From NCBI GenBank assembly GCA_965219955.1, contig OZ244799.1:4064001-4128000 (forward strand): a stretch of 64,000 bases of DNA, read 5' to 3'. Position numbers and translations under genes: made by a program. Shown here piece by piece: positions 8,672 to 18,762 of this stretch. This DNA comes from a bacterium. Lineage in GTDB: Bacteria > UBA8248. Numbering within the stretch: position 1 is the stretch's first letter; the number at the start of each line of letters is the position of its first letter. The notes below the pieces were generated by a model. The model saw only the letters and a program-made list of their open reading frames with translations, was not told the origin of the DNA and did not search any database.

Positions 8672-10177
8672 TCATTCATCGCTGCCCAGCGGGGTTCGGC
8701 GGCGGGCGCCCCAGACGACGAACCCCGCGGCCAGCAAGAGGAAAACGAGCGAAATCGGCCGGCGGACGAACAGGGAGAGGTCGCCGTCTCCCAGAATGAG
8801 CGATTGTCCGAGGGAAGACTCGAACGCCTTCCCCAGAATGAAGGTGATGATCAGGGGCGCGACCGGGAAATCGAATTTCCTGAGAAAATAGCCCACCGCA
8901 CCGAATACCAGCATCACCTTCACGTCGAAGAAGCTGTTGTTCAGCGCGTATGTCCCCACCACGCAGAACGCCGCCACCACGGGGAAGACCGCCCGTTTCG
9001 GGAACCGCGCGATCATGGCCACGTAGCGCAGGCTGAAATGCCCGAGGAGGAGCATGAGGGCGTTGCAGAGCAGCATGGCGATCAGGATGCTGTAGACGAT
9101 CGCGCCGTGCTCCTCGAACAGGCGCGGCCCCGGCCGGAGCCCCTGCACCATGAAGGCGGCGAAGAGCACCGCGGTCACGATGTCGCCCGGGATGCCGAAG
9201 CTGAGCAGGGGGATGAGGCTCGAGCCGTTGACCGCGTTGTTGCCGGTCTCGGCGGCCGCCACCCCCTCGAGCGATCCCTTCCCGAACCGCTCGGGCTCCT
9301 TCGACCTCCGGTGGGCCAGGCCGTAGGAGACGAACGCGGACACCACCTGGCCCAGGCCCGGTATCGCGCCGATGATCGTGCCGACCACCGCCGAGCGCGA
9401 GATCGTCCGGCCGCAGCTCTTGAACTCCTCCAGGGTCAGGGGTTCGTTGCCCTCGGCGCGCCACGCGGTCATTCGCATCTCGTCCTCGGCCGCCCGCTCC
9501 TCGCGGGTCCTCTCTCCGTAGAGGAAGATTTCCGACAGCGCGAAGATTCCGATCAGCATCGCGATGAACGAGATTCCCCCGGTCAGGTCCACCGAGCCGA
9601 AGGTGAAGCGCCGCACCCCGATCAGGGGGTCGAGGCCGATCGAACTCAGGAACAGCCCGAGGGCGGCGGCCATCAGCCCCCGGATCACCGAGCGGCCCGT
9701 GACGCAGCTGATGATGGCGAAGCTGAATACGAAGATGGCGAAATATTCAGGCGGCCCCACCAGGAGGGCGACCGCCGCGATGGCGCCCGCGATGAAGATG
9801 GTGACGACGTCGCTGAAGGTGTCCCCGATGACGGAGGAATAGAGCGCCATCTCGAGGGCCTTCCTCGCCTTGCCCTGCTGGGCGAGGGGGTAGCCGTCCA
9901 GGACGGTGGCGGCGGCCGCTCCCGTCCCCGGCGTGTTGATGAGGATCGCGGGTATCGACCCGCCGAATATCGCTCCCTTGGTGATGGCCAGGAGGAAGGG
10001 AATCCCGAGAACGGGTTCGACGAAGAAGGAGATCGGCAGCAGAACCGCCACCGCCATGGCGGCCGTGAGGCCGGGGAGGCCGCCCACCACGATCCCCAGC
10101 AGCATCCCGATCACCAGGACGGCGAGCACGTCGAAGCGCAGGCACAGGAGCAGGCCTTCCGCCAGCTGGGCCCACAT
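8672..10177 (-). CDS. tctA: Tripartite tricarboxylate transporter permease, large subunit
   Basis: GGLPGL, FGGSIPAILINTPG, GVAAAETGNNA, LLSFGIPG, GLRPGPRLF. Confidence 0.92.
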   Translation of the reverse strand: MWAQLAEGLLLCLRFDVLAVLVIGMLLGIVVGGLPGLTAAMAVAVLLPISFFVEPVLGIPFLLAITKGAIFGGSIPAILINTPGTGAAAATVLDGYPLAQQGKARKALEMALYSSVIGDTFSDVVTIFIAGAIAAVALLVGPPEYFAIFVFSFAIISCVTGRSVIRGLMAAALGLFLSSIGLDPLIGVRRFTFGSVDLTGGISFIAMLIGIFALSEIFLYGERTREERAAEDEMRMTAWRAEGNEPLTLEEFKSCGRTISRSAVVGTIIGAIPGLGQVVSAFVSYGLAHRRSKEPERFGKGSLEGVAAAETGNNAVNGSSLIPLLSFGIPGDIVTAVLFAAFMVQGLRPGPRLFEEHGAIVYSILIAMLLCNALMLLLGHFSLRYVAMIARFPKRAVFPVVAAFCVVGTYALNNSFFDVKVMLVFGAVGYFLRKFDFPVAPLIITFILGKAFESSLGQSLILGDGDLSLFVRRPISLVFLLLAAGFVVWGARRRTPLGSDE

Positions 10178-10178
10178 C

Positions 10179-10670
10179 CTAGAAGACCCCGCCGAAAAGC
10201 CTGCCTTCCGGCAGCACGACGCCCAGAAAATGTCCGAAGAACACCCAGATGAACAGCGGGGTGAGCAAGACGATCAGCGCGAGGGTCCGCCATTCGCGCA
10301 TCCCGAGCTGAAAGGCGAACAGGGCGACCGCGACGGGGGTGGCGGGGAGCATCCCGAACCATTCGACCAGGAGGATGTAGAGGACGAAGGTGGCGGCCGG
10401 CGCCAGGGCGCGGGTCCGAAGCGGCCCGCCGGGAAGCGGCTCACGCCCGGAGGAGGGGGCGAACCAGCTCCGCGCGGCCATCAGGGCGGCCATGAGCGCC
10501 AGCAGGGAGAGGGCCAGAGCGGGGAAGGCGCCGGGCGGGAACGGGATGGTGCGCTCCCCCACCTTTCGAATCAGCACCTGGCTGGGTATCAGCGCAAGCC
10601 CTGTCAGGCTGAAGGCGAGAACGAAAAGCCCTACCCACGTCTCCCAGTGGAATCGCTTCATTGCGCACAT
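10179..10670 (-). CDS. tctB: Tripartite tricarboxylate transporter small subunit
   Basis: Hydrophobic segments, PGAFP, C-terminal FLGVVLPEG; directly upstream of tctA. Confidence 0.8.
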   Translation of the reverse strand: MCAMKRFHWETWVGLFVLAFSLTGLALIPSQVLIRKVGERTIPFPPGAFPALALSLLALMAALMAARSWFAPSSGREPLPGGPLRTRALAPAATFVLYILLVEWFGMLPATPVAVALFAFQLGMREWRTLALIVLLTPLFIWVFFGHFLGVVLPEGRLFGGVF

Positions 10671-11041
10671 CCTCCAGCCGGGCGCTCACCACATCGAGGC
10701 CCGCTCGCAGAGAAAAGCGGCGCAACTACCGACCTGACGCTCCCCCGCGGAAAACGGCCCGGCGAAGGATCACGCTTCCGGCGGCCTCTTTGGGGGGCCG
10801 GGGGAGCCGTCATTTCGATTTCTGCTATGAACACAGATTACGGGAGCGCAATCTCCGGGTCAAACGCGGGCGAGGAGGGGTTGTTGAAAAAGTCTTGATC
10901 CCGTGATTCGGCGTATGCGGCCGATCGGGGAGGGGGTCCGTAGGGATAGGCCGCGGCCTTGGCCCGTTCACAAGAACGGCCCACTACGAGGCGGTGCGGT
11001 TTTGTTCGTCCCGGACTTTGGAGCCATCTTGTCGCTTGGCC

Positions 11042-11067
11042 TATTACAGGTTATATTACTGGTAATA
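11042..11067. promoter_or_regulatory. Putative autoregulatory operator of the vapBC-like module
   Basis: Palindrome TATTAC-TG-GTAATA (11054-11067) with an imperfect tandem copy, just upstream of the AGGAGG RBS. Confidence 0.5.
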
Positions 11068-11082
11068 ACGAGGAGGTCAATC

Positions 11083-11385
11083 ATGAGCGACATATCCCGG
11101 AGACGTGCGACAAAAAAATATCGGAGCCGTTTGACGGAACGCGGCATGGCCCGCTTCGAGGTCCTCGGGCGCGACGCTGACAAAGAGCTTATCCGCTCGC
11201 TGGCCAGACGTTTGGCAGAGGACTGTCCGGAAGCCGATCGTCTGAGGAGCGTCGTCAGACAGGGCGTCACGGGGAAACCGCCACGGAAAGGCGGAATCCT
11301 TGAAGCACTGCGCCGCTCGCCGCTCGTCGGCGCCGAAGTTATTGCGTCCCGTCCATTCGAGTCCGGTCGCAAGGTTGATCTGTGA
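11083..11385 (+). CDS. Putative antitoxin (VapB-like)
   Basis: 100-aa ORF from ATG 11083 with strong RBS; GTGA overlap with the PIN toxin; GGILEALRRSPLVG. Confidence 0.75.
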   Translation: MSDISRRRATKKYRSRLTERGMARFEVLGRDADKELIRSLARRLAEDCPEADRLRSVVRQGVTGKPPRKGGILEALRRSPLVGAEVIASRPFESGRKVDL

Positions 11386-11816
11386 GCCAGTATCTTCTTG
11401 ACACCAATATCATCAGCAGTGTCACGAAGCCCGCGCCACCGGAGTCTCTGCTGGCCTGGATGGCCGAGCAGGCTGACGAAAATCTCTTCATATCCGCACT
11501 CACCATCGCGGAGGTCCGACGCGGCATACTGGAGAAGCCTGCCGGTCGTAAACGTGATCAACTTGAAGCGTGGTTCACAGGTCCGGAAGGTCCATCGGCT
11601 CTTTTCGCCGGTCGCGTCCTCCCCTTCGACGAGAGGGCCGCTCTCGTATGGGCAAGACTGATGGCGGAAGGCAAGGCGCATGGCCGTTCCCGCAGCGCGC
11701 TCGACACGATCATCGCGGCGGTCGCGGAAGCCAATGAATGTATCGTCGTGACCGACAATGAGAGGGACTTCATCGGCGTCGAGACGTTCAACCCGCTTCG
11801 AAACGCGGCGCGATGA
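11382..11816 (+). CDS. vapC: PIN-domain toxin
   Basis: YLLDTNIIS, ISALTIAE, LDTIIAAVA, VTDNERDF. Confidence 0.9.
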   Translation: MSQYLLDTNIISSVTKPAPPESLLAWMAEQADENLFISALTIAEVRRGILEKPAGRKRDQLEAWFTGPEGPSALFAGRVLPFDERAALVWARLMAEGKAHGRSRSALDTIIAAVAEANECIVVTDNERDFIGVETFNPLRNAAR

Positions 11817-11912
11817 AAAAGCGAGTGCTCAGTTTGTATGCCACCAATGACTACAATTTTGGAATTCGGTGATTCTTAACCTATTGATTTATAAGGCTAT
11901 AAACCCCTGATA

Positions 11913-12004
11913 TGGCGGAGAGAGAGGGATTCGAACCCTCGAGGCCGGTTTCCCAGCCTACTCGCTTAGCAGGCGAGCGCCTTCAGCCACTCGGCCATCT
12001 CTCC
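11913..12004 (-). tRNA. tRNA-Ser(GCT)
   Basis: GGAGAGATGGCCGAGTGG...CTCGC-CT-GCT-AA-GCGAG, long variable arm, GGTTCGAATCC, ends CCA. Confidence 0.95.
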
Positions 12005-12075
12005 GCGAGAGAGCGTCATTCTATATCACAAGAGGGGGCGGCGGCTATCCTCCGCAGGAGAAATCGGCTCCTCGT

Positions 12076-12475
12076 GGGGTTGTTGGAAAAGCCTGATCCA
12101 TCGGGTTCGATATGTAGGGGCGGACCTATGTGTCCGCCCAATCGCTCGGATGAAAACACGGAAAACCGGGGAACACACAGGGCGGACACGCAGATCCGCC
12201 CCTACGAAAACCGTAAACCCTCCTTCCCTCATCGGGACTGGCCCTGCTGCCGTCATTCCGGCGAAAGCCGGAATCCATTTGCGGGTGCGGGTGAATACAC
12301 GACGGCGTTTCATTCTCTGGCGATGGCGGGAACCCTGACGAAAGGCAAAAGGCGTAAAATGGATTCCGGCTTTCGCCGGAATGACGGCGGTGGTCAATTT
12401 CGAGCAATGAGGATTTTTCAACAACCCCGTCTTTGCCGGATTGAACCGTAGGGGCGGTTCGCGAACCGCCCCTAC
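12076..12475. repeat. Composite palindromic repeat element followed by a perfect GTAG-type REP palindrome
   Basis: Ends GGGGTTGTTGGAAAA / TTTTTCAACAACCCC (12076, 12428), inverted pair of GTCATTCCGGCGAAAGCCGGAATCC, and GTAGGGGCGGTTCGCGAACCGCCCCTAC at 12448-12475. Confidence 0.85.
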
Positions 12476-12508
12476 AAACCCCTTCATGACGCGACATCGC
12501 CCGGCGGC

Positions 12509-14887
12509 TCAGAACGCCCTTTGCCAGCCGGCGAGGAACGTGAGCCTCGACCCGGCGGAGGCGCTGTGGCCGGGGTTCCGGCTCCAGACGACGCCGAGGC
12601 GCAGCCGCCCGTCCGCCAGCGGCCTCTCCCAGCTTGCGGCAACGTCGATCTGGCGCTCATCGGGCGCGAGTGGCGAGACGATGGACGTATGCAGCACCCT
12701 CCCCAGTTTCGTTCTGGCCACCGGAAGCGTCAGCGACGCCCGGCCGTTCTCGACGCGCAGGGGCTGCGCCAGGGAGAGGCGCACGGTGTCCTTGTCGGTA
12801 ACGGCGGCGCGCGCGTGCAGCGCGAACGCGCTGGTCGTCATGGGCGAGACCTCCCCGATGAGCCCGCCTCTCGCTTGCGGACGCGCGCGTCCCCATTCCG
12901 CGCCGGCCCCGAGCCGCCACGCGCCGAGCCTCACGTCCCCCTCGAGGCGGATGAAGGCGGTATCCGCCGCCAGTGACCCGAAGGCCCCGTGCCCCTCGCC
13001 TCCGAGAATGGTCTCATCCTCGGTGATCCAGCCGACGCGGAGGCCGAGCGGCGAGCCTTCCGGGCGCCAGCCCAGCGTCCCGCCCGCCGCGTCATGCTCC
13101 CGGTTCGTCCCGAACACCGAGGCGGAAAGCCCGGCCCGTCCCTCGAGGGTCGCCATCATCCCCCCCTCGGCGATCGAGAGGTGGCCGCCTCCGGCTTCCG
13201 TCGACGTCTCCTGAACACTGACCCCCCGCCACTCGGGAGCCTCGCGCCTCCCGCCCGCGAGAAAGCCCCGGACCCGCGCGTCCACGGGCGGACCGCTCGC
13301 CGTCGCCACGAAATCGCCCAGCCTGTACCAGAAGGGCGCGCCCAGATCGTCGAGCGCCATGATCTCGTGGTTCCCGACCGAGCGGGCGAGTCCGTTCCCG
13401 AGCGGCGCCCCGAGACTCAGGCGCGTGGCGCGCAGGTTGTTCCCGGCCCGGTTCGCGTTCACGGCGACCGGAACCCCCAGGACGCCCACGGGGTGGGTGG
13501 CGGCGGCGAGGTCGAGTTTCCCCCTGCCGTAGACGGCCCTGTTCGCGTAGGCGCCGGTGTCGTCGGCGGTCTCGAGGAGGCGCGTCACCAGTTCGGTGTT
13601 CGAGAGCTGATCCCGGAAGAGTTGCTTCATGATCGCGAGCCCGCCCGAAACCATCGGCGCGGCGACGGAGGTTCCGCTGCTCCTCCCGACGCTCCGGATG
13701 GGCCGGGACGTGTCGGGATGGGGTCCGAAATAGGCGACCCGGACGTCTTCTCCGGGCGCCGCGATGCAATAGTCCGCCGCGATGCCGCAGCGGTTGGAGA
13801 AGTCCGCGATGGTTCCGCCCGGCCCCAGCGCCGCGACGGCGACCGTATGCCCCCGAAGCTCCTCGACCCGCGCGGCGAGGCCCGCCAGCACCTCGGGCGA
13901 AACGGCGTTGATTTTCCCGTTCTCGCAGTGGGCCACGGACGAAGCGCATGAACTTCCGTGGGCGTTGCCGGCCGCCCAGACGAAAATCGCCTTATCAATG
14001 GCGTCCGCCTGCGCCATCGCGGTGATCGCTTGCCCCAGGGTCGTGCGGAGGTCGGCCTCATTGTAGTCGTCGATGATGCCCTGGTAGCTGATGCTCAGGT
14101 TCAGGATGTCCACGCGCCTGCCGCCGTTTCGCCACGCCAGGACCCGGTTGAGCCGCGACGCCCACGAGGTGTCCGCGTCTCCCGGGCTCGCGAGAGAGAC
14201 GGGGTCGTAGTCGCCCTCCGGGCTTCCTGTGGGAATGGCGAACATGGCGATGTCGGCGCCCCAGGCGACGCCATGCGGGCCGGTGGGGACGAAATGGTCC
14301 CGGATCCCGGCGGCGACGCTCGCGACGGCCGTGCCGTGAGAGAAGTTGGCGCCCGTCTCGTTCGGGGTAGCTCCCAGGAACACCTCGGTGACCGCCTTGC
14401 CCGCGAACATCCGGTGCGAGGTATCGATGCCGCTGTCGAGGAAGCCGATGGTCACGCCTGACCCCGGAGAGGTGTTTTCCCCCTTGAGCAGGTGGACGTG
14501 GGCGTAGGCCCGGTCCGCGCCGATAGCCGCGAGGCCCGGCTGGTTCCTGAAATTCCGGTGTGCGGCGTATGCGCCGGCGAGCCGCCGCGCCCGGCTGTTG
14601 AAATCGTCGACCGAGGGGCAGGTCCCGTCATGGAGCGGAACGCATTCCTGCGTCGGCGGCGGTGGTGGCGGCTGCGGCGGCTGTACGGGCTCTTGCGGGG
14701 GTGGCTGGGGCTGCGGGGTTTCGGGCGTCACCGCGGCTTGTGTGCGCACTCCCGATCCGCCGCCCCCGCCGCAGTTCGTGAGAACGAGCATCGCGCAAAG
14801 GAGGACGGCGCAGGCGGAGGCCCGGTACGAATAAGCGCCGTTCGCGCCTGCCCTGTCACCACCTTTGCCTGACCTGGGAGTCCCCAT
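12509..14887 (-). CDS. Subtilisin-like S8 serine peptidase with lipoprotein-like N-terminus and probable C-terminal outer-membrane beta-barrel
   Basis: Catalytic triad motifs FLDSGID, HGTAVAS and SGTSVAAP; AAGN; LTNCGGGG lipobox-like; Pro-rich linker; terminal aromatic residue (WQRAF). Start uncertain (14887 or 14977). Confidence 0.85.
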   Translation of the reverse strand: MGTPRSGKGGDRAGANGAYSYRASACAVLLCAMLVLTNCGGGGGSGVRTQAAVTPETPQPQPPPQEPVQPPQPPPPPPTQECVPLHDGTCPSVDDFNSRARRLAGAYAAHRNFRNQPGLAAIGADRAYAHVHLLKGENTSPGSGVTIGFLDSGIDTSHRMFAGKAVTEVFLGATPNETGANFSHGTAVASVAAGIRDHFVPTGPHGVAWGADIAMFAIPTGSPEGDYDPVSLASPGDADTSWASRLNRVLAWRNGGRRVDILNLSISYQGIIDDYNEADLRTTLGQAITAMAQADAIDKAIFVWAAGNAHGSSCASSVAHCENGKINAVSPEVLAGLAARVEELRGHTVAVAALGPGGTIADFSNRCGIAADYCIAAPGEDVRVAYFGPHPDTSRPIRSVGRSSGTSVAAPMVSGGLAIMKQLFRDQLSNTELVTRLLETADDTGAYANRAVYGRGKLDLAAATHPVGVLGVPVAVNANRAGNNLRATRLSLGAPLGNGLARSVGNHEIMALDDLGAPFWYRLGDFVATASGPPVDARVRGFLAGGRREAPEWRGVSVQETSTEAGGGHLSIAEGGMMATLEGRAGLSASVFGTNREHDAAGGTLGWRPEGSPLGLRVGWITEDETILGGEGHGAFGSLAADTAFIRLEGDVRLGAWRLGAGAEWGRARPQARGGLIGEVSPMTTSAFALHARAAVTDKDTVRLSLAQPLRVENGRASLTLPVARTKLGRVLHTSIVSPLAPDERQIDVAASWERPLADGRLRLGVVWSRNPGHSASAGSRLTFLAGWQRAF

Positions 14888-15037
14888 GTCGCTTTCCTGT
14901 CCCCTCGACCGCCTTTGTCGGTCGCCGTCCGGTGGACTGCATGCCATGGCGCCATTCTGCAGAAATGTTCCGGGCAAGTATAGCGGCGAGTCGGGGCGTT
15001 GTGTGGACGGCGTTCCGGCGCGGCCCGTGAAAAGGGG

Positions 15038-16451
15038 GGTAAAGTCCTAAACTTGCTGGAAAAATCAGAGGGGTGCATCCTCGGCAGAGGCAACACAAAA
15101 CCGTGCCGGTAAGCGCCGGCACCAAACCGAGGAGGCACCCCATGAAGAAGAGAATACAGGCATCGATGCACACACGCCAATCCCTGTCCGACTTGATCGA
15201 AGGCCGTCTGTCGAGTCCCGATGCGCGGGCCGACCTGGTGAAGCTCGCCACGCGGCTCATCGTGGAAGAGGCGCTGGAGGCGGAGAGCCGCGACGCTCTG
15301 GGCCGGGAATACTACGAGCACGGAGCGAAGCCCGGCCAAGGCTACCGCAACGGCCACCGTGCTGGTCGTCTCAAGACGGCGGAAGGGTTCGTCGAGTTCG
15401 CGGCGCCTCAGATTGCCGGGCGCGAGGAGGCGTTCCGCTCGGCGATTAGAGACAACCTCAAGGGGCGCACCGAGGGGCTCGAGGAGTTGGCGGTGGAGCT
15501 TCTGGCGCGCGGTCTCTCGGTGCGGGACATCGAGGACGTCTTCAGCGACGAGAGCGGCCGTCTGCTGCTCTCTCGCACGGCGGTCTCCGAGCTCGGCGAA
15601 CGGTTGTGGTCAGAATATCAGGAGTTCGCTTTGCGGGATTTGGGCGAGTACGAGGTCGTCTATCTGTTCATCGACGGGATCGCCGAGCGGCTCCGCCCGG
15701 GGAGCAAGCGCGAGCCGGTGCTGGCGGCCTGGGGAATCACGGCGAACGGTGCCAAGGTGCTGCTGCACCTGATGGCGGGTTCGAAAGAAGACGCCGAGAC
15801 GGTGAGCGCGTTCTTCCAGGACATGCGCGCCCGGGGTCTGGGCGACCCGCTGGTTGTAGTGAGTGACGGAGCGCCCGGCATCATCAAGGCGATCGAGACG
15901 TGCTTCCCGCGCTCGGAGCGGCAGCGCTGTCTGGCGCACCGCATGCGGAACCTCGCGGCGAAGGCGCCCGAGGACCTCTGGCCGGAGTTCAGGGAGCGGG
16001 CCGCGGCGGCCTACCAGGCCCCCTCGCGCGCCATCGCCCGGGAGTTGGCCGAGGGACTCGCCAGGGACTACGAGTCCAAACTACCCAGCGCCGTGGCTTG
16101 CTTCCGCGACGACTTCGAAGCCTGTATCGCGCACCTGCGTGCGCCGGTCAACCATCGCCGGGCCGTGCGCACCACGAACCAGCTGGAGCGTTTGTTCGTC
16201 GAGGAGCGCCGAAGGCTCAAGATCATCCCGAATGCCTTCGGCGAGAAACCGGTGCTCAAGCTCATGTTCAGCGCCATGATCCGGGCCGCCGAAAGGTGGC
16301 GCGCGCTCAAGATTACCGGCTTCGAACGACGCCAGATGGAAGCCCTCAGACGGGAACTGGACCAGAACTACGAGGAGGAAAACGAACTCAACCGCAGGCC
16401 CTCAGCCGATATGCGCCAAAAGAAAGTTTCCAGCAATTCTCGGACTTGACC
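15038..16451 (+). mobile_element. IS256-family insertion sequence, apparently intact
   Basis: Imperfect inverted ends GGTAAAGTCCTAAACTTGCTGGAAA / TTTCCAGCAATTCTCGGACTTGACC; 8-bp direct repeat AAAAGGGG at 15030-15037 and 16452-16459. Confidence 0.92.
15142..16449 (+). CDS. IS256-family (Mutator-type) DDE transposase
   Basis: YRNG, GLSVRDI, YLFIDG, VSDGAPG, QRCLAH, RTTNQLER; AGGAGG RBS. Confidence 0.93.
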   Translation: MKKRIQASMHTRQSLSDLIEGRLSSPDARADLVKLATRLIVEEALEAESRDALGREYYEHGAKPGQGYRNGHRAGRLKTAEGFVEFAAPQIAGREEAFRSAIRDNLKGRTEGLEELAVELLARGLSVRDIEDVFSDESGRLLLSRTAVSELGERLWSEYQEFALRDLGEYEVVYLFIDGIAERLRPGSKREPVLAAWGITANGAKVLLHLMAGSKEDAETVSAFFQDMRARGLGDPLVVVSDGAPGIIKAIETCFPRSERQRCLAHRMRNLAAKAPEDLWPEFRERAAAAYQAPSRAIARELAEGLARDYESKLPSAVACFRDDFEACIAHLRAPVNHRRAVRTTNQLERLFVEERRRLKIIPNAFGEKPVLKLMFSAMIRAAERWRALKITGFERRQMEALRRELDQNYEEENELNRRPSADMRQKKVSSNSRT

Positions 16452-16811
16452 AAAAGGGGTTGGTGAGTATCAAAATGTGATCGGCGATGCCCGCGTGGAA
16501 AGGCTGCGAGAAACCCGGGTTGCCTCCAGGTCCGCCCGTATGAAACTGGCGGAAAAATCGTGTACATATTTCTGTCACATCATAATCTCCTCTTATTCAT
16601 TGTAGATAGTGGCCGTATATCGCGTTTCACCCAAATGTCTTGCCATATACTACAAAATAGTTTCAATGGTTTTCAGGCTCATTCCATGTTAAAAATACGG
16701 CAAAATCAGGACACTCGGAGAAATTAATTGAGTAAACCCTGCTAGATTTAAGACACATTAATACACATTTTATGTCTTAATTTTACAGACACCGATATTC
16801 ACACTAGAATG

Positions 16812-17558
16812 TTAGTTTTCTGATTCTGAAAATTGGTCATATGGGAGAAATTCCAGTAGCTTCCACCACCCCATCTCGCCAAAATCTAATTGGCTGTTAG
16901 ACGGGTCCCATTCGAACATTATTCGTACGCTATAGGTCTCTCCGTCTCTGGCATCCTCAAATATACGCAAATCGGATAAAAATTTCTGGTTCAAACGCCC
17001 GAGTAACTCTTTGGAAAGCCAATCGCATAACCGTGCATAATCTGATGGTACTTCTGGTGGCAGTTCCTCTGCGCTTAAATCTTCTATAAGAAGACCGAAG
17101 GTTGCCACCCAAATTTGCTCGTGTTGTGAGAGTGTCATCGCAACCCTCGCTCCCCCAAGCTTATCGAACAAAAGTGCGGCCACTTCGTTCAAACACCTAC
17201 CGCGTAGATCCAAGTAGCCCACATTATCCGGCAATCCGACAAGAAGGGAATCATCTATACGTAACGGCAAGATGAATTCCTCATCTCTTTTCTCTGCTTC
17301 ACGTGTTGCAACACTCCATTCAAATTGTGGCCATGCTCTTTCAACATAGGTCTTTGACACGATTGGCACAAAGTATCGAGTACCTTCACCAAACACCCAA
17401 GAAAACTGGCTGTCTAAGCGTTTTCCCAACAAGTGTGCGGAGAAATATTCGTCATAAAAAACCCGAGCTCCTTGCTCGATTAGAAGTTCCGCAAGCTTCT
17501 CAGCCACCTCCCGACAATCCCCCGAAAATGACATGGCAAAGTCAAATGCATATTGCAT
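16812..17558 (-). CDS. TIR-domain protein with unknown C-terminal domain
   Basis: FDFAMSFSGDCRE, RVFYDE, SKTYVERAWPQFEW (catalytic Glu position), ILPLRID; AT-rich relative to the host. Confidence 0.85.
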   Translation of the reverse strand: MQYAFDFAMSFSGDCREVAEKLAELLIEQGARVFYDEYFSAHLLGKRLDSQFSWVFGEGTRYFVPIVSKTYVERAWPQFEWSVATREAEKRDEEFILPLRIDDSLLVGLPDNVGYLDLRGRCLNEVAALLFDKLGGARVAMTLSQHEQIWVATFGLLIEDLSAEELPPEVPSDYARLCDWLSKELLGRLNQKFLSDLRIFEDARDGETYSVRIMFEWDPSNSQLDFGEMGWWKLLEFLPYDQFSESEN

Positions 17559-17670
17559 TCAGTACCCTTTTCAATATTAACTAGAAGCAACTAGTTACGT
17601 TAAGACGTGCGTGAGAGAGGAAAGCACACTGCAACAACACTAGTGGGATCACGCAGCGATTGACTTCAAT

Positions 17671-18762
17671 TTACCCGACTTGAAAGCAGAAATCGTGTTC
17701 AAACATTAACGAAGCTTTTGAACCCCTGAAAGCATTGGATTGCGAGCGTTTCACCTCGCTCGTCACGCCATCGTCAATCAGCCGAACGGAACGATTGGCA
17801 GCATTATATATTGAGCGTTCTAATCCATCTCTGGCTTCTTCCTTAGTTAACTTTCGGCCACCGATTCGGACAACAATCCTAGCCTCTTTTGCTAGCAGCG
17901 GAACTACTCCACTCCAAGCTTCTTCTAAGAATTTCCAGTATTTTTGCGCGTTGTAGTGTCTGCCATCGTCTTGTTGGTATTGAATCTTTGCATCTCCACC
18001 AAGGAACCAATTCCGCAACCACTGATCTTCACGATAGTTTGTTGTATCTAAGTAAGGTGGCGAGGTTATTACATCAGTTACTTTCCCACATAAATGCTGA
18101 AACTTCTCGAAAACTCGGCGTGCATCTGACATTGCTACTTCTCCGCGCAGTTCCGGAGGCGGTGTTCTAAATCGATATTCGTTTACTTTTCTCAAGATTT
18201 CAAATACATCGCGTTTAGGTGGTTCATATCCGTGTTTTTTCCACCACCGAACTGAATATGCTGGTTTAGTGCTGATAGTACGAGGCATCCGATTACTAAA
18301 GTAGTTTGGGCTCCGATGAGACTCGCCATGCAGTGCTCCCAATGCCAAGGTTGCAATGAATCGGTCAATCCTATCTGTTTTCCATTGCAGCATTTTCCGA
18401 AGAAATTTCACCTGACTTAAGGTCGAACTCTCAAAACAAAGTAAGAAGAATTCCTTCATCTCTGACATCACTTCGACAGCGGATTCTGTCCGACTTTCTT
18501 TTTCGAGCTGCGCAAGACGCTCATACACTTCTGTTTTTTGGGGTGGGTCGCTCTTCGCACCACTCACACAGACTGCAACGGGATGCACATCGCACCCTGC
18601 AGCTAGCCGTCCTCGAATAAGACTTTCAAATACTGTAGTGCCACGACCACAAAATGGATCAAATACGACGCCGTCGTATTTTGTAGCCGCCAAGTGTTTT
18701 TCAACGAATGTCTCTGGAAACATCGCAAAATAGGGGCAAATTGAATGGAATCGGTGTCTCAT
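17671..18762 (-). CDS. DNA amino-methyltransferase (SPPY, probably N4-cytosine, alpha-type motif order)
   Basis: Motif I DPFCGRGTT precedes motif IV TSPPY; N-terminal PYFAMFP. Confidence 0.85.
   Translation of the reverse strand: MRHRFHSICPYFAMFPETFVEKHLAATKYDGVVFDPFCGRGTTVFESLIRGRLAAGCDVHPVAVCVSGAKSDPPQKTEVYERLAQLEKESRTESAVEVMSEMKEFFLLCFESSTLSQVKFLRKMLQWKTDRIDRFIATLALGALHGESHRSPNYFSNRMPRTISTKPAYSVRWWKKHGYEPPKRDVFEILRKVNEYRFRTPPPELRGEVAMSDARRVFEKFQHLCGKVTDVITSPPYLDTTNYREDQWLRNWFLGGDAKIQYQQDDGRHYNAQKYWKFLEEAWSGVVPLLAKEARIVVRIGGRKLTKEEARDGLERSIYNAANRSVRLIDDGVTSEVKRSQSNAFRGSKASLMFEHDFCFQVG

Noticed and set aside
11912-12497. ORFs containing VIPAKAGI / RHSGESRN / SFRRKPES peptides (also near 46.8, 47.6, 54.3 and 57.9 kb)
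   Set aside because: Translations of REP-like repeats and tRNA, not proteins
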